Shown one piece after another: positions 17,220-18,659 of a stretch of DNA of 18,659 bases (position 1 is the stretch's first letter; each line of letters begins with the position of its first letter). Both the position numbers and the translations under genes were made by a program. This DNA is from an uncultured bacterium (GTDB taxonomy: Bacteria > Abyssobacteria > SURF-5): NCBI GenBank assembly GCA_964510165.1, contig CAZEBC010000036.1, positions 1-18,659 of the forward strand, read 5' to 3'. The notes beneath the pieces were generated by a model. The model saw only the letters and a list, made by a program, of their open reading frames with translations. It did not search any database and had not been told where the DNA came from.

Positions 17220-17258
17220 ACGCGGGGGCGCAGCGCCATACGCCCCCGCGTCTCTCTT
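17220..17258 (+). terminator. Possible intrinsic terminator or REP-derived hairpin after the acyl-CoA ligase
   Basis: acgcgggggcg / cgcccccgcgt perfect 11-bp stem with a 10-nt loop, followed by pyrimidine tract ctctctt; about 22 nt after the stop. Confidence 0.5.
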
Positions 17259-17284
17259 GAGCAGAGACCAGCCGCAACCATACC

Positions 17285-17349
17285 ATAGGGGTGAACCTCG
17301 TGTTCCCCCGCCCATTCGCACAAAGTGTACGGGCGCACGGCGTGCGCCC
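17285..17349 (+). repeat. Two further GTAG-like REP palindromes in tandem
   Basis: ATAG-gggtgaac-ctcgt-gttccccc (17285-17308) and GTAC-gggcgcacg-g-cgtgcgccc (17327-17349); each one substitution away from a GTAG tag. Confidence 0.6.
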
Positions 17350-17470
17350 TGCCGCTCACGCCAAAACCCACCGACACGCTTCAGCCCTTGCGGACGCAAG
17401 ACGGGAAGGACATAATCTGGACAGACTTTCGGGCAATACCTGGGGCAATCGTGAGAAAGGGTGCTGAACC

Positions 17471-17839
17471 ATGACTGAGAAAACCTACATGATGCAAATG
17501 GGAATGGGGGTGGACCTGCACGGACAGGACCCCACCAAGGCCGCCAGCCGGGCCGTACACAACGCCATCATGAACAATTGTCTGTGCGGGATTTCCGACG
17601 TTGTCGGCGCCAAGGGGGCTGAAGACAAGATGCATGTGCATGTCCTAATCACATGTCCCAGGCCGAACGAGGTGAACAAAGACAAAGTCCTGAGCGAGCT
17701 CCCATTCGGCATCAAGACCATCGAGGTGAAGGAAGGCGGAATGATCGCTCCCCACGTTCTTTCTCCTCGCTACGGCGACAAATCGGCTGAGACCCTTGTG
17801 GCGAATGCGGCGGTAACCATTTCCTTTAATCGTGGCTGA
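17471..17839 (+). CDS. Lin0512 family protein
   Basis: MQMGMGVDLHGQDPTKAASRAVHNAI, LPFG, EGGM, VANAAVTI; 122 aa; AAAGGGTG upstream. Confidence 0.9.
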   Translation: MTEKTYMMQMGMGVDLHGQDPTKAASRAVHNAIMNNCLCGISDVVGAKGAEDKMHVHVLITCPRPNEVNKDKVLSELPFGIKTIEVKEGGMIAPHVLSPRYGDKSAETLVANAAVTISFNRG

Positions 17840-18347
17840 GTTCTCCGACTGAGACCGCGGTTGTTTGGCGCGTTATTATCGCTTCGTCAGGAGAAACAGA
17901 GACCGCCCCGTGATTGGGAGCATGCGAAGAGCGTAGTGTGGGTGCGAATGATTCACTTGGTGTGGATGTTTTCGCTTGAAAACAACGAATAAATCTGCTA
18001 CTGCACAATTACGGAACTGCCTCAAGAGTCTGCTCCTTTAACCAAGAATGCAGGGAAAAACGCGGGTGTATATTCGCGCGCATTTTCGGGCATCTTCGCC
18101 GCTAATTGATTGTATGAACTTATTCGCAAACGTGGTCAGTGCCAAAAAGCGCCTTTCCGGACTGCCTTAAACCCTCCGATTCAGATTCCGCACATTCCTC
18201 ACCCTGTTCCGGCTCTGGGACCGTCTCAACCTATAGGTTTATACTGCGGAGGAACAGTCACTGGTCCGGAGCGGACAGTGGCTGAGCAATTATCCTTATG
18301 AGAAAAGTTAACGCACGGGCCATGACGGCCAGCGACGACAAAGGCAC

Positions 18348-18376
18348 TTGACAAAATATAACTTGGAGGATATAAT
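18348..18376 (+). promoter_or_regulatory. Consensus sigma70 promoter P1
   Basis: TTGACA (18348-18353), 17-bp spacer, TATAAT (18371-18376): perfect consensus. Confidence 0.88.
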
Positions 18377-18445
18377 AGAATCAACTTTTGTCGAGGAGCG
18401 GTGAACCGAGAAAGTCAGGCCGCTCTTTGACGTAGCGCTCTCATA

Positions 18446-18475
18446 TTGACAACTGGTCAAAGGCTCGGATATAAT
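18446..18475 (+). promoter_or_regulatory. Consensus sigma70 promoter P2
   Basis: TTGACA (18446-18451), 18-bp spacer, TATAAT (18470-18475). Confidence 0.8.
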
Positions 18476-18480
18476 AAGCT

Positions 18481-18590
18481 GTGCACGCGGGAATAACGTA
18501 TTCCAGCCGAGATGTTTGTGTCCCTCTTGGACGACATATACGGGTGAGGAGACAAGAGCTGTCCGTATATGGGGGGACATTCCCGCACAA
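18481..18590 (+). ncRNA. Candidate structured RNA (5' leader or sRNA), family unassigned
   Basis: Begins at the expected P2 start site; nested helices 18487-18494/18579-18586, 18518-18526/18572-18580 and 18535-18544/18562-18571. No recognised family motif. Confidence 0.35.
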
Positions 18591-18659
18591 TGAATCTTTC
18601 TTAACAAGGAGAAGTCAAAGGCGGAAGAAATGTATCTGGCTTTGTCCTCATGAATGTAT

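Noticed and set aside
17220..17350. CRISPR array
   Set aside because: The palindromes are not identical direct repeats, spacing is irregular, and no cas genes are present.
17826..18607. Short ORFs 17826-18008 (-), 18110-18301 (+), 18308-18607 (-)
   Set aside because: Non-ATG starts, no protein-like motifs, and the last overlaps both consensus promoters.
18630..18659. Start of a downstream CDS at ATG 18630 or 18650
   Set aside because: The 18630 frame stops after 7 codons, AAGGAG is too far from either ATG, and the window ends before it can be judged.

Overview
GC-rich bacterial genomic window, mostly housekeeping and metabolic genes. Order: RraA/HMG-aldolase-like gene (+); a minus-strand run of SDR oxidoreductase, MoxR AAA+ ATPase, DUF58 protein and DUF4129-type membrane protein; then a plus-strand run of ABC ATPase, ABC permease, TPR protein (resembling the PilH/PilI/PilG or XapD/B/A module), yggS, pheS, pheT, ZapB-like coiled coil, zapA, CaiB/BaiF CoA-transferase, long-chain acyl-CoA ligase and a Lin0512-family gene. 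The last ~820 bp has no credible ORF. I found no transposase, integrase, CRISPR array, tRNA or rRNA. The most unusual material is intergenic: (i) two homologous 37-bp palindromes with compensatory changes bracket the yggS-pheST-zapBA block, which lacks its commonly seen neighbours; (ii) several families of REP-like palindromes; (iii) two tandem consensus sigma70 promoters at the right end, each followed by a structured, unassigned RNA segment, the second with switch- or pseudoknot-like alternative pairings. All family calls come from motif recognition by eye; no searches were run.
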